Assembly (NCBI GenBank): GCA_963724635.1
Contig: CAVRVI010000005.1
Location: forward strand, 41,040-105,039
Direction: 5' to 3'
Source: an uncultured Chloroflexia bacterium
GTDB lineage: Bacteria > Chloroflexota > Limnocylindria > Limnocylindrales > CSP1-4
DNA length: 64,000 bases
Shown here: positions 10,217-21,383 of the stretch, piece after piece
How positions within the stretch are numbered: the first letter of the stretch is position 1
Layout: each line of letters opens with the position of its first letter
Notes under the pieces: model-generated
Databases searched by the model: none
Told to the model about the DNA's origin: nothing
What the model saw: the letters and a program-made list of their open reading frames with translations, nothing else
Program-made: the position numbers and the translations under genes

Positions 10217-12695
10217 ATGGAGCACGCCCGGGCGGTCATCATCGGTGGCGGCGTGGGCGGGACTTCTATCGCCTACCACCTGACCGAGCTCGGGTGGACC
10301 GACATCGTGCTTGTCGATCGCGCGGAGCTGACCTCCGGCTCCACCTTCCATTCGGCTGGCCTGGTCGGGCAGCTGCGCGGTTCCGTCACGCTGACCCGGA
10401 TGATGATGTACGGGTCGGCACTCTACCGGCGGCTGCGCGACGAGACCGGGGTCGACCCGTCCTGGCACGAGGTCGGATCGATCCGGCTGGCGTCATCCCG
10501 AGCACGCATGGAGGAGCTGGAGCGACAGGCGGGCTGGGCCAAGACCTTCGGCCTGCCGATGGACCTCATCACCGCGTCCGAGGCCCAGGATCGCTTCCCG
10601 TTGATGTCCACGGATGGGGTCCTGGGCGGAGTCTGGCTCCCGACCGACGGCTGGCTTGACCCGTCCGGACTCGCGCAGGCGCTGGCCGCCGGCGCCCGAT
10701 CGCGTGGGGCCACGATCGAGCCGCACACGCGGGTCGTGGGCATCGGCGTGGATGGGGGATCGCCGGCCCGGCGCACGCCGCGCGTGACAGGCGTCACCGT
10801 CGAACATCGCGGCGAGCGGCGCGACATCCGTGCCGACGTCGTCGTCAATGCCGGCGGCATGTTCGCACCCGAGATCGGTCGCATGGTCGGGGTGACGATC
10901 CCGATCATCCCGATGGCGCACCAGTACCTCTTCACCGACGAGATGGCCGGCGTCCATGCGGGCCTTCCGCAGCTGCGCGACCCCGACAACCTCGTCTACT
11001 TCCGCGAGGAGGTCGGCGGCCTGTGCATGGGCGGCTACGAGCGCGATCCGGCGCCGTGGTCCCTCGACGGGGCCCCGCCGGACTTCAACGGCAAGCTGCT
11101 CGCCCCCGACATGCCCCGCTTCGAGCCGATCATGGAGGGCGCCGTCCGGCGGGTGCCGTCGATCGCCGAGGCCGGCGTCAGCCGGGTCATCAACGGCCCG
11201 GAGGGTTTCACGCCCGACAACGAGTTCATCCTGGGCGAGAGCGAGGTTCGCGGCTTCTTCGTGGCCGCCGGGTTCTGCGCCCACGGGATCGCCGGGGCCG
11301 GCGGGATCGGACGCCAGATGGCGACCTGGATCACCGAGGGTGAGCCGGAGCTGGACCTCTGGAAGATGGACATCCGGCGGTTCGGGCCGGCGTATCGGTC
11401 GCAGCGGTACACGCTGGCCCGGTCCGTCGAGAACTACGCGACGTACTACGACATCCATTATCCCAACGAGGAACGCCAGGCCGGCCGACCGTTGCGCACG
11501 GCACCCGCCTACGAAGCGCTCGGTCGCCTGGGGGCGGTCTTCGGCGAGAAGTCCGGTTGGGAGCGTCCCAACTGGTTCGAGCCGAACGCCGACGACCCGC
11601 GCTTTGGCGGTCGGGCCGCCCTGGAGTCGCTCCGGCCCCGTGGCTGGGCCGGGGAGCATTGGTCGCCCGCCATCGCCGCTGAGGCGCTGGCCACGAGGTC
11701 GGCCGCGGGCCTGTTCGATGAGAGCTCGTTCGCGAAGCTCGAGGTGACCGGCCCTGGGGCCGTCACAGCGCTCCAGCATGTCGCCGGCAACGATATCGAC
11801 CGGGCGGTCGGGTCCATCGTCTACACCCAGCTGCTGGACCGGCGTGGCGGGATCCAGGCGGACCTGACGGCCACGCGCCTGGGGGAGCACCGCTTCCTGC
11901 TCGTGACCGGTACGGCCTACGGCAATCACGACGCCGCGTGGCTGCGCACGAACCTGCCCGACGATGGTTCGGTCGAGGTGCGCGACGTCACCTCGGCGCG
12001 GGTCTGTTACGGGATCTGGGGACCCCGGGCCCGGGACATCCTGTCGGCCCTCACGCGCGACGACATCAGTGATGCCGCCTTCCCATATCTCACCGCGCGC
12101 GAGATCAGCGGTGGGTCACGTGCCGGTGCTGGCGTTGCGCGTCACCTACGTCGGGGAGCTGGGCTGGGAGCTGTACGCGCCCAGTGAGTACGGGCGGGCA
12201 TTGTGGGAGGCGCTTTGGGAGGCCGGTCGCGACCACGGGCTCGTGGCCGGCGGCTACCGCGCCATCGACGCTCTCCGGCTGGAGAAGGGCTATCGCGTGT
12301 GGTCCAGCGACATCACGCCGGACGAGACCCCGTTCGACGCCGGGCTCGGCTTCGCGGTCGCCCTCGACAAAGCCGTTCCGTGCCAGGCGCGTGACGCGCT
12401 CGTGGCCGCGCGTGCGGCCGGGCCGGCCAAGCGCCTCCGCGCGCTCGTGCTGGACGACCCGCGATCCGTCTGCCTGGGCAACGAGCCGGTGCGCGTCGCC
12501 GGCGTCGTCGTGGGTCGGGTCACGAGCGGCGGCTACGGGTTCGCCGTGGAGCGGTCGATCGCGTACGCGTACCTGCCACCCGATCGGGCGGCCATCGGGA
12601 CCCGTGGGGAGGTCGAGGTCTTCGGTGCGTGGGTCGGCTTCGAGGTCTCGAAGGAACCCCTGTACGACGCCACCAACGCGAGGATCCGATCATGA
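10217..12695 (+). pseudogene. FAD-dependent oxidoreductase / aminomethyltransferase fusion (dimethylglycine-oxidase-like), copy 2; single frameshift
   Basis: The N-terminus has AVIIGGGVGGTSIAYHL. The C-terminus has YVGELGWELY...RLEKGY. There is a single +1 change near 12111, where agcggtggg appears instead of the expected agcgtggg. Copy 2 is about 45-50% identical to copy 1 by eye. Confidence 0.8.
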
Positions 12696-13543
12696 GCGAG
12701 CCTGGACCCACCTTCGGCCCGGACTGGTCCGCCACCTTCCGCCGCGGCACGGACGCCGAGCTGCGCGCCTGGCTCGACGTCGCGCAGGCGGCCTGTGACG
12801 AGGCCGATACGATCGCCCGGGCGCATTTCCGGCGCGACCTGCAGATCGACACGAAGCCCGACCGGACCTTCGTGACCCAGGCCGACACGACCATCGAGCA
12901 AATGATCCGCGAGCGGCTCCTCGCCGCATTCCCCGACCACGGTCTTGTCGGCGAGGAGTACGGCACGGAGACTGCCGACGCGTCCGTCCGCTGGTACATC
13001 GATCCGATCGATGGCACCCACAACTTCATCCGTGGGGTGCCCCTGTTCGGCACCCTGCTCGCGGTGGAACGCGACGGGGAGCTCCAGGCCGCCGTCATCT
13101 CCGCCCCCGCGCTCGACGAACGGTGGTGGGCGCACCGCGGCGGCGGCGCCTGGGCGCGCAACCGCGGCGAGACGACGCCGCGACGCATCCGGGCGAGTGG
13201 CGTGACCCGGCTCGACGATGCGCAGATCCTCTATGGCGGCGCCCGCGAGATCGCGGCCTCGGGTCGGGCCCCCGGCTTCGAGGGTCTGCTCGCGGACGCG
13301 TGGCGCGAACGTGGCTTCGGTGACTTCTGGGGCTACACGCTGCTTGCCGAAGGTGCGGCGGAGGCCATGGTGGAGGTCGGCCTCAAGACATGGGACGCGG
13401 CCGCCCCGTTCGTCCTCGTGGAGGAGGCGGGCGGCCGGGCGACGGACTTCGAGGGCCGCCGCGCCATCGACACTGGTTCGTTCCTCGCGTCCAACGGCCA
13501 CCTCCACGACACCATCCGCGACCGCCTGCGCCGTCGCCCCTGA
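12692..13543 (+). CDS. Inositol-monophosphatase family phosphatase (SuhB/HisN-like)
   Basis: The sequence contains WYIDPIDGTHNF and WDAAAPFVLVEEAGG. An ATGA overlap links it to the upstream oxidase gene. Confidence 0.75.
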   Translation: MSEPGPTFGPDWSATFRRGTDAELRAWLDVAQAACDEADTIARAHFRRDLQIDTKPDRTFVTQADTTIEQMIRERLLAAFPDHGLVGEEYGTETADASVRWYIDPIDGTHNFIRGVPLFGTLLAVERDGELQAAVISAPALDERWWAHRGGGAWARNRGETTPRRIRASGVTRLDDAQILYGGAREIAASGRAPGFEGLLADAWRERGFGDFWGYTLLAEGAAEAMVEVGLKTWDAAAPFVLVEEAGGRATDFEGRRAIDTGSFLASNGHLHDTIRDRLRRRP

Positions 13544-13639
13544 GGGAAACGGGCCGCTCGGCCCGGGTCGGACCGTGCCATCCGGCGGTACGGCAGCGCG
13601 CCCCGCGCCGCCATGCTGGTGGCAGATCGGAGGTGTCCC

Positions 13640-13978
13640 ATGATCGAGCGAGCAGACGCGTCCAGAAGGGCCGTGGACGCCCTGATCTGGATCGACCACG
13701 AGCAGGCCATCATCGCCACGCGGGAGGGCGACGGAACGCCGCTCATCGAGCGGCTGGGCCGCGGTGCGTTCGAGCCCGAGGCGGCCTTCGAGGCCCGCGC
13801 GGTCGATGAGCTCGTCGACTCGGACCTCGTGACCGTGACCGGGCCGGCGTTCGCGCGGACCTCGTTCGAGCGTGCGCTCGTCTCGGTGACCCATCGGCCC
13901 GACCGGATCGTCGACGTGGAGCCCGGGATGGACGCCGTCGACGTCGCCGATCTCCCGGCACGCCGGCTCGCGCGCTGA
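13640..13978 (+). CDS. Hypothetical protein
   Basis: The ORF is 112 aa with protein-like composition. No family was recognised. Confidence 0.35.
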   Translation: MIERADASRRAVDALIWIDHEQAIIATREGDGTPLIERLGRGAFEPEAAFEARAVDELVDSDLVTVTGPAFARTSFERALVSVTHRPDRIVDVEPGMDAVDVADLPARRLAR

Positions 13979-14015
13979 CCGACCCGACGCGACGTCGGTA
14001 GGGCATCATCGACGG

Positions 14016-15298
14016 ATGCGGATCGTCACGCCGGCAGAAGCAGTCGCGGGGATCCGCTCCGGGAACCAGGTCTACGTCCAGTGCGCGGCCGCGGTCCCGA
14101 CCGTCCTGCTTGACGCCCTCGTCGCCCGTGCCCCCGACCTCCGCGACGTCGGCATGGTCCACCTCCACACGGAGGGCCCGGGCCCGCACCTCGCCCCCGA
14201 GATGGCCGGCGCACTTCCGCCACCGGGCCCTCTTCGTCGGCCCCAACGCGCGGGCGGCCGTCAGCGAGGGCCGGGCCGACTACGTGCCGGTCTTCCTGTC
14301 GGACGTGCCCACGGCTCTTCGAGTCGGGCGCCGTCCCGCTGGACGTGGTCGTTCGTCAACGTCACGCCGCCCGACAAGCACGGCTTCTGCTCGCTGAACG
14401 TCTCGGTCGAGGCGATGCACGCGGCGATCCGTGCCGCGACGACGGTCATCGCCCAGCTCAACCCGGCGCTGCCGCGCACCCTCGGCGAGAGCTTCATCCA
14501 CGTCGACGACATCGACCTCGCGGTCGAGGTGGACATCCCGCCCTTCGAGCGACCCGATCGAGCCGATCGGCGACCATCGAGCGGCGGATCGGCGAGTACG
14601 TCGCGGAGCTCGTCCCCGACGGCGCGACCCTGCAGCTCGGGATCGGCGCCATCCCGGCGGCGACGGCGCTGGCGCTCTGACGGACCGCCGCGACCTCGGC
14701 GTCCACACCGAGATGTTCACCGACAGCATCGTGGACCTCGTGGAGGCCGGCGTCGATCACCGGCGCGCGCAAGGAGCGCAACCGGGACAAGATCGTCACC
14801 GCGTTCATGATGGGAAGCGAGCGCCTCTACGACTTCGTCGACGACAACCCGATGATCGAGATGCGCTCGGTCGACTTCACGAACGACACCCACGTGATCC
14901 GCTCGTTCAGTCGGATGACGGCGATCAACTCGGCGATCGAGGTCGACCTGACCGGCCAGGTCGTCGCCGATTCGATCGGCCACGCGCGATCTACAGCGGG
15001 GTCGGCGGCCAGATGGACTTCATCCGCGGCGCGGCGCTCGCCGCGGAGGGACGCGCGATCATCGCCCTGCCCTCGACCGCGGCCGGCGGGATCGATGTCG
15101 CGGATCGTCGGGACGCTCAAGCCGGGCGCCGGCGTCGTGACGACGCGCGCCCATGCCCGCACGATCGTGACCGAGTACGGCGTCGCCGAGCTGTTCGGTC
15201 GCAGCCTGCGCGAACGGGCGGCGGCGCTCATCGGGATCGCCCACCCCGACCATCGCGATCGATTGAAGGCGGAGGCCCACGACCTGGGGCTCTGGTAG
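14016..15298 (+). pseudogene. Acetyl-CoA hydrolase/transferase family protein (4-hydroxybutyrate CoA-transferase-like), multiply frameshifted
   Basis: Conserved segments are recognisable: RIVTPAEAVAGIRSGNQVYV, VNVTPPDKHGFCSLNVSVE, LQLGIGAIPAA and FSRMTAINSAIEVDLTGQV. They are scattered over at least 8 frame changes. Confidence 0.7.
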
Positions 15299-15311
15299 GG
15301 GAGCGACCACG

Positions 15312-17723
15312 ATGCAGCCCGTGATGCGACCGGACCCGACCAGTCGAGCCCGAGCCTGCCCGATCGACGACGGCACTCCTGGCGCCGGATGGACGCCTAC
15401 TGGCGCGCGGCCAACTACCTCTCGGTCGGGCAGATCTACCTGCTGGACAACCCGCTCCTGCGCGAGCCGCTCGCGCCGACGCACGTCAAGCCGCGCCTGC
15501 TGGGGCACTGGGGGACGACGCCCGGGCTGAACCTGCATCTACGTCGCACATGAACCGCGCCATCCGCGAGCGCGACCTCGACACGATCTACATCACCGGT
15601 CCGGGCCACGGCGGGCCCGGCGCTCGTCGCGAACGCCTATCTCGAGGGCACCTACAGCGAGGTCTACCCGAGCATCACGCCGCGACGAGGACGGCATGCG
15701 GCGAGCTGTTCCGCCAGTTCCGCTTCCCGGGCGGCATCCCGAGCCATGTCGCGCCCGAGACGCCCGGCTCCATCCACGAGGGCGGCGAGCTGGGCTACTC
15801 GCTCGTCCCACGCCTACGGCGCCGCGTTCGACAATCCGGACCTGCTGGTGGCGTGCGTCGTCGGTGACGGCGAGGCGGAGACCGGGCCGCTCGCCACGAG
15901 CTGGCACTCGAACAAGTTCCTCGAACCCGGCGCGCGACGGCGCGGTCCTGCCGATCCTCCACCTCAACGGCTACAAGATCGCCAACCCGACGGTCCTGGC
16001 GCGGATCCCGCGACGCCGAGCTGCGGCGCTCATGGAGGGCTACGGCCACAAGCCGTACTTCGGTCGAGGGCGACGATCCGGCGACGGTCCACCGCGCGCT
16101 CGCGGCGACCCTCGATACCGTCCTCGACGAGATCCGCGAGATCCAGCGACGCGCCCGCGCCGGCGGGCCGATGCACGGAGCGTCCCCGCTGGCCGATGAT
16201 CGTCTTCGCACGCCCAAGGGCTGGACCGGGCCAAAGGAGATCGACGGCCTGCCAGGTCGAGGGCACGTGGCGGAGCGCATCAGGTGCCGATGAGCGAGGT
16301 CCGCAGCGAACGCCGCGCAACCGCGCGATCCTGGAGGCCTGGATGCGCAGCTACCGGCCCGCAGAGCTGTTCGATGATGCCGGCCGACTCCTGCCCGAGC
16401 TCGCGGCCCTGCCACCGACCGGGACCCGTCGGATGAGCGCCAACCCGGTCGCCAACGGCGGCGAGCTGCTGCGCGACCTGCGTGCTGCCGGACTTCCGCG
16501 ACTACGCGGTGGAGGTCCCGCGGCCGGGCGGCTCGGTCGCCGAAGCGACCCGGGTCCTGGGAACGTACGTGCGCGACGTGATGGCCCGCAACACCGACAA
16601 CTTCCGGATGTTCGGCCCGGACGAAACGGCCTCGAACCGGCTGGGCGCCGTCCTGGAGGTCACGGATCGGACGTGGATGGCCGAGATCATCCCGGGTGAC
16701 GACCATCTCGCCCCCGACGGACGGGTCATGGAGGTGCTCTCCGAGCACCAGTGCCAGGGCTGGCTCGAGGGCTACCTCCTGACCGGACGCCACGGCATGT
16801 TCAACTGCTACGAAGCCTTCATCCACATCGTCGACTCGATGTTCAACCAGCACGCGAAGTGGCTCAAGGTCACGCGCGACATGCCGTGGCGGCGGCCCAT
16901 CGCGTCGCTCAACTACGTGCTCTCGTCGCTGGTCTGGCGTCAGGACCACAACGGGTTCTCGCACCAGGACCCAGGCTTCATCGACCACGTCGTCAACAAG
17001 AAGTCGGATGTGATCCGGGTGTACCTGCCGCCGGACGCGAACACCCTCCTGTCCGTGGGCGACCACTGTCTGCGCAGCCGGCACTACGTGAATGTCATCG
17101 TCGCGGGCAAGCAACCGTCGCCCAACTGGCTGACGATGGACGAGGCGGTCCTGCACTGCACCCGAGGCATCGGGATCTGGGACTGGGCGAGCAACGACCA
17201 GGGCGGTGAGCCCGACGTCGTCATCGCGAGCGCCGGCGACGTCCCTACCCTGGAAGCCCTGGCGGCCGTGGACCTGCTGCGGACGCACCTGCCCGACCTC
17301 AAGGTGCGATACGTCAACGTCGTGGACCTCATGCGGCTGCAGCCCGAGTCGGAGCACCCGCACGGGATGTCCGATACGGAGTTCGACTCGCTGTTCACGA
17401 CGGACAAGCCGATCGTCTTCGCCTACCACGGTTACCCGTGGTTGATCCATCGACTCACCTACCGGCGGACGAACCACGGCAATCTGCACGTCCGCGGCTA
17501 CAAGGAGGAAGGGACGACGACCACGCCGTTCGACATGGTCATGCTCAACGACCTCGACCGGTTCCACCTCGCGATCGACGTGATCGACCGGGTCCCGGGG
17601 CTCGCGGCGACCGCCGGCCACGTCCGACAGCTCATGGTCGACAAGCGGATCGAGGCCCGGGCCTATACGCGCCTCGAAGGCGAGGACGCGCCCGAGATCC
17701 GCGACTGGACCTGGCCGGGGTGA
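15312..17723 (+). pseudogene. xfp: Phosphoketolase (xylulose-5-P/fructose-6-P phosphoketolase); N-terminal half riddled with indels, C-terminal ORF 16482-17723 intact
   Basis: [40 protein letters not shown] and [25 protein letters not shown] are read in different frames across 15380-16480. The 413-aa C-terminal segment is continuous. Confidence 0.8.
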
Positions 17724-18901
17724 GCCCCGCGGCCCGTCGAGGCGGAGGAGCCCGTGGGGGCCGGATCCTCGTCCTCAACGCCGGGTCCAGCACGCTCAAG
17801 GCGAGCCTGCTCCGCCGCGGCGACGAGCGGGCACTCGCAGCGGTCACGGTCGGCTGGGACGGCGACGCCGTAGCGGATGCGGACGACGCGGTCGGGAGGG
17901 TCCTCGCCGCCCTCGGCGACCCGCTGCCCAGTGACCTTCTGGGGGTCGGGCACCGGGTCGTCCATGGCGGTCCAGACCTCGTCGAGCCGTTGGTCATCGA
18001 CGACGCGGCCCTGGCCGCGATCGAACGGGTGACGACCCTGGCGCCATTGCACATCCCGCCGGCCGTCGCCGTGATCCGGGCCGTGGCCCGACGCGCTCCG
18101 ACGGTTCGCCAGGTCGCCTGCTTCGACACCGCGTTCCACGCGTGGCTGCCCGAGGTCGCGTGGCGGTACCCGGTCCCGGGCTCGTGGTTCACCGACGATG
18201 GCATCCGCCGCTACGGGTTCCACGGGTTGTCGGTCGAGTGGGCCGTCGGGCGGGCCGCGGCCGTGCTGGAGCGGCGTCCGCGTGCGCTGCGCCTGGTCGT
18301 CGCCCACCTGGGCGCCGGGGCATCCGTGACCGCGGTCGATCGCGGGCGCTCCGTGGACACCTCCATGGGCTTCACGCCCCTCGAGGGCCTGATGATGGCC
18401 ACGAGGTCGGGATCCATCGATCCGGGGATCGTCTTCCATCGGCTGCGCGACGGTCGCCACGACGCCGACGAGGTCGAGGCTGACCTTGTCCATCGGGGCG
18501 GGCTGCTCGCGGTCGGCGGTTCGGTCGACATGCAGGACCTCGTCGAACGGGCACGAGGCGGGGACCGACAGGCGTCCCTGGCGATCGCCATGTTCACCGA
18601 CCGCGCCGCGGCCGCGATCGCCGCCGCGGCGAGCCGGCTGTCGTCGCTGGACGCGGTCGTCTTCACCGGCGGTATCGGCGAGCACGCCGGATCCGTCCGC
18701 GCGGGCATCGTGCGCCGCCTGGCCGTCCTGGGGATCGCGCCGATCGGCGTCGCCGCCCGGCGCGGCGACGTCGCGCTGAGCGCTCCAGGAGCACGGCCCG
18801 CGGTCCTCCGCGTCACGGCGCGCGAGGACCTCGTGATCGCGGCTGCCGTGGCCCGGTCCAGCGCAGGGCGTCGAGCAATGGCGCCGGATCGCCCGGGCTG
18901 A
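17720..18901 (+). CDS. ackA: Acetate kinase
   Basis: The sequence contains [12 protein letters not shown], then HRVVHGG, then RYGFHGLS. The GTG start at 17720 overlaps the xfp stop as GTGA. Confidence 0.8.
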   Translation: MSPAARRGGGARGGRILVLNAGSSTLKASLLRRGDERALAAVTVGWDGDAVADADDAVGRVLAALGDPLPSDLLGVGHRVVHGGPDLVEPLVIDDAALAAIERVTTLAPLHIPPAVAVIRAVARRAPTVRQVACFDTAFHAWLPEVAWRYPVPGSWFTDDGIRRYGFHGLSVEWAVGRAAAVLERRPRALRLVVAHLGAGASVTAVDRGRSVDTSMGFTPLEGLMMATRSGSIDPGIVFHRLRDGRHDADEVEADLVHRGGLLAVGGSVDMQDLVERARGGDRQASLAIAMFTDRAAAAIAAAASRLSSLDAVVFTGGIGEHAGSVRAGIVRRLAVLGIAPIGVAARRGDVALSAPGARPAVLRVTAREDLVIAAAVARSSAGRRAMAPDRPG

Positions 18902-18924
18902 CCTGCCGGTTTGTCAGCTTTGAT

Positions 18925-19863
18925 CTAGCGGGACGTCGCGACCGTCGTGTGTGCCTCGGCGGCGTGCCCCGATCCGTGGGCTTCACGGAGCACGAGGACC
19001 GACGCGTGGGCGTGGAGAAGGACGTTGCGCGCCACGCTGCCGAGCAGCAGCCGCGTCATGCCCGTCCGGCCATGGGTCCCCACGATGATGAGGTCAGTGC
19101 CGGACCGTTGGGCGACCTCGATCAGCGTCGCGGCGGGATCTCCGTGGTGGACCGCCCAGCTGGCCTCCCGTCCACGCTCCGTGAGCGCCGCGGCTGCGGC
19201 CGAGGCGACGTGCTCGAGCGACGCGGTCGCGGCGTCCACGCCTTCCTCGAACCAGGTGAACGGGACGCCGTAGCCGCCGCTGGACAACATGATCCCGGGT
19301 CCGGGAGCCACGGACGGCGCGATGCTGACGACGTCGAGGTGGGTGTCGCGCAGGAACGTGAACGCCTGGACGGCCTCGACGATGTGCTCCGTGAACGGCG
19401 TCCCGTCCAGGGCGACCATCGCGCGGTCGCAGGTCGGCCGCCGCGCCACGAGCACCGGGCATGGGGCATGGTCGGCGACCTCAGCCGAAACGGACCCGAG
19501 CACCATCGTGCTGATCGGCCCCCGCCCGCGGCTCCCCAGGACGATCAGGTCGGACCGGAGTCGTGTCGCGGCCTCGACGATCAGGGTCGCCGGCCGGCCG
19601 ATCTCGACGTGGGTCGCGATGGTCCGCCCGGGCGCTCCAAGGTCGATCGTGTCGGCATCGAGCGCGCGCCGGACATCGGCGGTGCCGAGGAGATCATCGA
19701 GCGTGTCGTCGAATCCGATCGGGGACATGCCGAACATGTCGAAGACCGGCTCGATCACCCGGAACGCGTCGATGTGGCTGGGATCGGGCCAGGGCAGGCT
19801 CTGGACCAGGGCGTGGGCGGTCGCCGCGCCATGGGAGCCATCGAGCGCGAGCAGGATGCGCAT
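18925..19863 (-). CDS. Universal stress protein, tandem UspA domains
   Basis: There are two Usp domains. Each ends in a ...VLGSxxxxxxxxxxLGSV-like motif, and the second reads IIVGTHGRTGMTRLLLGSVA. Confidence 0.7.
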   Translation of the reverse strand: MRILLALDGSHGAATAHALVQSLPWPDPSHIDAFRVIEPVFDMFGMSPIGFDDTLDDLLGTADVRRALDADTIDLGAPGRTIATHVEIGRPATLIVEAATRLRSDLIVLGSRGRGPISTMVLGSVSAEVADHAPCPVLVARRPTCDRAMVALDGTPFTEHIVEAVQAFTFLRDTHLDVVSIAPSVAPGPGIMLSSGGYGVPFTWFEEGVDAATASLEHVASAAAAALTERGREASWAVHHGDPAATLIEVAQRSGTDLIIVGTHGRTGMTRLLLGSVARNVLLHAHASVLVLREAHGSGHAAEAHTTVATSR

Positions 19864-20034
19864 CACGATCCTCCGATCGGACTGGCGCGTCGGGGCGACA
19901 ACGGCACCGGTGCGCAGGACCAGCATCGGTCGTGCCGGGATCCGGCCCAACGGCCAAGCGTCATCAACGTCTGGGCCGATCCGCCCGACTTCGCTGCGAC
20001 CGCGCGGCGGCCGGCGAGCGCAAGCGAACCCGGG

Positions 20035-21361
20035 TCAGGCGCCCGCAGCCGCCAGGGATTCGTCGAGGATGGACAGCGCCTGGTCGACCTCGTCGACGGT
20101 CGTCACGAGCGGCGGGATGATCCGGACCACGTTCACGTACGTGCCGGCGGTCAGGACGATGAGCTTGCGCGCGAGGGCCTCGGCCTGGATCCGCTTGGTC
20201 AGATCGGGATCGGGGACCCGGCCGTCGCCCTCGTCGGGCTTCACGAGTTCGATCGCCACCATCAAGCCCAGGCCGCGAGCGTCGCCGATCGCCCGGTAGC
20301 GCGACTTGAGGGCTCGCAGGCCCGCCAGGAACTGGGCACCGCGATCGCGGGCGTTGGCGACCAGGCCCTCGTCCTCGATGACGTCGAGCGTCGCGTTGGC
20401 GGCCGCGCAGGACACGACGTTCCCGCCATACGTGCCGCCGTGGGTCCCGGGCTTCCACTGGGCCATCAGCTCGCTCCGGGCCAGGATCCCCGAAAGCGGC
20501 AGCCCCGAGGCGATCCCCTTGGCCATGACCAGGATGTCCGGTTCCACGTCCCAGTGCTGCACGGCGAACAGCTCGCCGGTCCGCCCGAACCCGGTCTGGA
20601 CCTCGTCGGCGATGAGCAGGATGCCGTGCCTGGCCGTCAGCTCGCGCAGCCGGGGCAGGAACCCGGGCGGCGGGACGATGTAGCCGCCCTCGCCCAGGAT
20701 CGGCTCCACGATGATCGCGGCGACGCGGTCGGGGTAGATGAACTGGTGGAAGGTCAGGTCCAGTTGGGCTTCCCAGTCGCACGTGCAGGCGCCCGGGGCA
20801 TGGGCGCCACCGGGTGCCCGATAGCAGTACGGATAGGGCGTGTGGTAGACCGACCCGGGCAGCGGTTCGAAGGCGGCCCGGTAGACGTCCTTGGCCGTGG
20901 TGAGGGCCATCGTCTGGGCGGTCCGCCCGTGGTAGCCGTAGCGGAACGCCAGGATGGCCGGCCGGCCGGTCGCGACCCGTGCCAGCTTGACGGCCGCCTC
21001 CACCGCCTCCGCGCCCGAGTTCGAGAGGAACGCCTGGTACGGCCCGCCGGGCAGCAGTCGCGGCAGTCGTTCGTAGAGGCGCAGCCCCGGCTCGTGGTAC
21101 AGGATGTTCTGCTGGCCGTGGAGCAGCTTGTGGGCCTGTGCGGCGACGGCCGCCGCGACGCGCGGATGGGCGTGCCCGGTGTTGGTGACCCCGATCCCGG
21201 AGCTGTAGTCGAGGTAGCGCTCGCCGTCGCGGGTGATCAGCCAGGACCCTTCGCCGCGATCCACGTCCAGGTTCGTGATGCGGCCCCACACCGGGGGCAC
21301 GACCGCGTGGTCGGGGAGGGGAGTGGCGGTGCGGCCGGGAGGCGTCGCGGTGTCGAGCATG
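20035..21361 (-). CDS. Class III (omega) aminotransferase, 4-aminobutyrate/putrescine aminotransferase-like
   Basis: The sequence contains DEVQTGFGRTG and THGGTYGGN. AGGAGA precedes the ATG start at 21361. The gene is last in the ABC importer operon. Confidence 0.8.
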
Positions 21362-21383
21362 CGGGCAGTCTCCTGCAGCGCGG

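Noticed and set aside
4600-12130. Possible programmed +1 ribosomal frameshift shared by the two DMGO-like genes
   Set aside because: The shifts in the two copies lie 27 nt apart in alignment and are not at the same codon. Copy 1 has three additional shifts. The events look like G/C-run insertions, not a conserved slippery site.
13551-13564. Short GGGCC-N4-GGCCC hairpin after the IMPase-family gene as a terminator
   Set aside because: It has only a 5-bp stem and no U-tract. This is too weak to call.
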